Shown: positions 31,724 through 32,000 of the stretch, piece after piece
Numbering within the stretch: the stretch's first letter is position 1
How the letters are laid out: each line of letters starts with the position of its first letter
NCBI GenBank assembly: GCA_018240025.1
Contig: JAFEGM010000074.1
Location: 11,811-43,810 of the forward strand
Source of the DNA: Verrucomicrobiota bacterium
Lineage (GTDB): Bacteria > Verrucomicrobiota > Verrucomicrobiia > Chthoniobacterales > SZAS-18
Direction: 5' to 3'
Length of the DNA: 32,000 bases
The notes under the pieces: generated by a model
Databases searched by the model: none
Seen by the model: the letters and a program-made list of their open reading frames with translations, nothing else
Told to the model about the DNA's origin: nothing
Made by a program: the position numbers and the translations under genes

Positions 31724-32000
31724 ATGAAATCCTGCCGGCCGCTCCTCGCCAGCCTCCTTCTGTTCGCCCTCGGGCCGAGCCTCCTCCCCGCCCAGAGGCT
31801 CTCCGGCCTCGGCGAGCGGCCCGATTGGACCTCTCTCAAGGCCTTCCAGGAGACGATGTCGCGCGACGAGTTCGAGCGGCTCCTGCGCACGCTCTACGCT
31901 CCGGGCGGCGGCTGGGAGCCGTTCATCCGACTGCGCGAGCACGAGGCGCTGCTGGTGACCGATTCCAACACCAGCGCCCCGCCCTTCGTCCTGCGCTTCG
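31724..32000 (+). CDS. Secreted hypothetical protein, N-terminal fragment (continues beyond the window end)
   Basis: The gene is not in the ORF track because it has no stop inside the window. My translation from ATG 31724 gives MKSCRPLLASLLLFALGPSLLPAQ (a signal peptide), then RLSGLGERPDWTSLKAFQETMSRDEFERLLRTLYAPGGGWEPFIRLREHEALLVTDSNTSAPPFVLRF. Third positions are G/C-rich. I could not assign a family confidently. Confidence 0.5.
   Translation, partial: MKSCRPLLASLLLFALGPSLLPAQRLSGLGERPDWTSLKAFQETMSRDEFERLLRTLYAPGGGWEPFIRLREHEALLVTDSNTSAPPFVLRF

Noticed and set aside
31636-31942. N-terminal extensions of the metallophosphoesterase ORFs (348-aa and 431-aa track versions)
   Set aside because: The family N-terminus (V/M)RILFLGD maps to GTG 31635. 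The extensions are Arg-rich and cross into a plus-strand gene with a good signal peptide starting at 31724.

Overview
This is a GC-rich bacterial chromosomal window in which third codon positions are mostly G/C. The high GC produces many long spurious antisense and alternate-frame ORFs in the supplied track. I support about 26 protein-coding genes. I saw no rRNA, tRNA, CRISPR array, transposase or integrase. The gene content (a PEP-CTERM protein, an FGE-domain kinase-like protein, and a beta-barrel porin with a coiled-coil N-terminus) suggests a Verrucomicrobiota/PVC-like Gram-negative organism, but this is inference only. Housekeeping genes recognised by eye are proS, fabF, pepA, pheS, rplT and rpmI, plus a YmdB-like metallophosphoesterase, an FtsB/DivIC-like protein, a MOSC protein, an NRDE/TANGO2-like protein and a penicillin-acylase-family Ntn hydrolase. 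Two real genes run off the window edges and are missing from the ORF track: an S8 subtilase on the minus strand at 1..2773 and a secreted protein on the plus strand at 31724..32000. The most interesting locus is a tightly packed, translationally coupled three-gene module on the minus strand (22302 to 17392). It encodes a small protein with two winged-helix-like segments, a 673-aa AAA_16/ORC-like P-loop NTPase, and a RecB/Cas4-like PD-(D/E)XK nuclease fused through a long Pro/Thr-rich linker to a soluble FtsK/SpoIIIE-type DNA translocase. I do not recognise this triad as any named system. Other oddities are listed here. A protein combines a degenerate receiver, a degenerate kinase, a TM helix and an FGE-sulfatase domain, and carries an in-gene (AGTCTCC)5 heptanucleotide repeat. 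A 286-bp element with 59-bp inverted arms built from GAAnnTC heptamers lies between the metallophosphoesterase gene and rpmI. A strong intrinsic terminator lies only 18 nt upstream of pheS.
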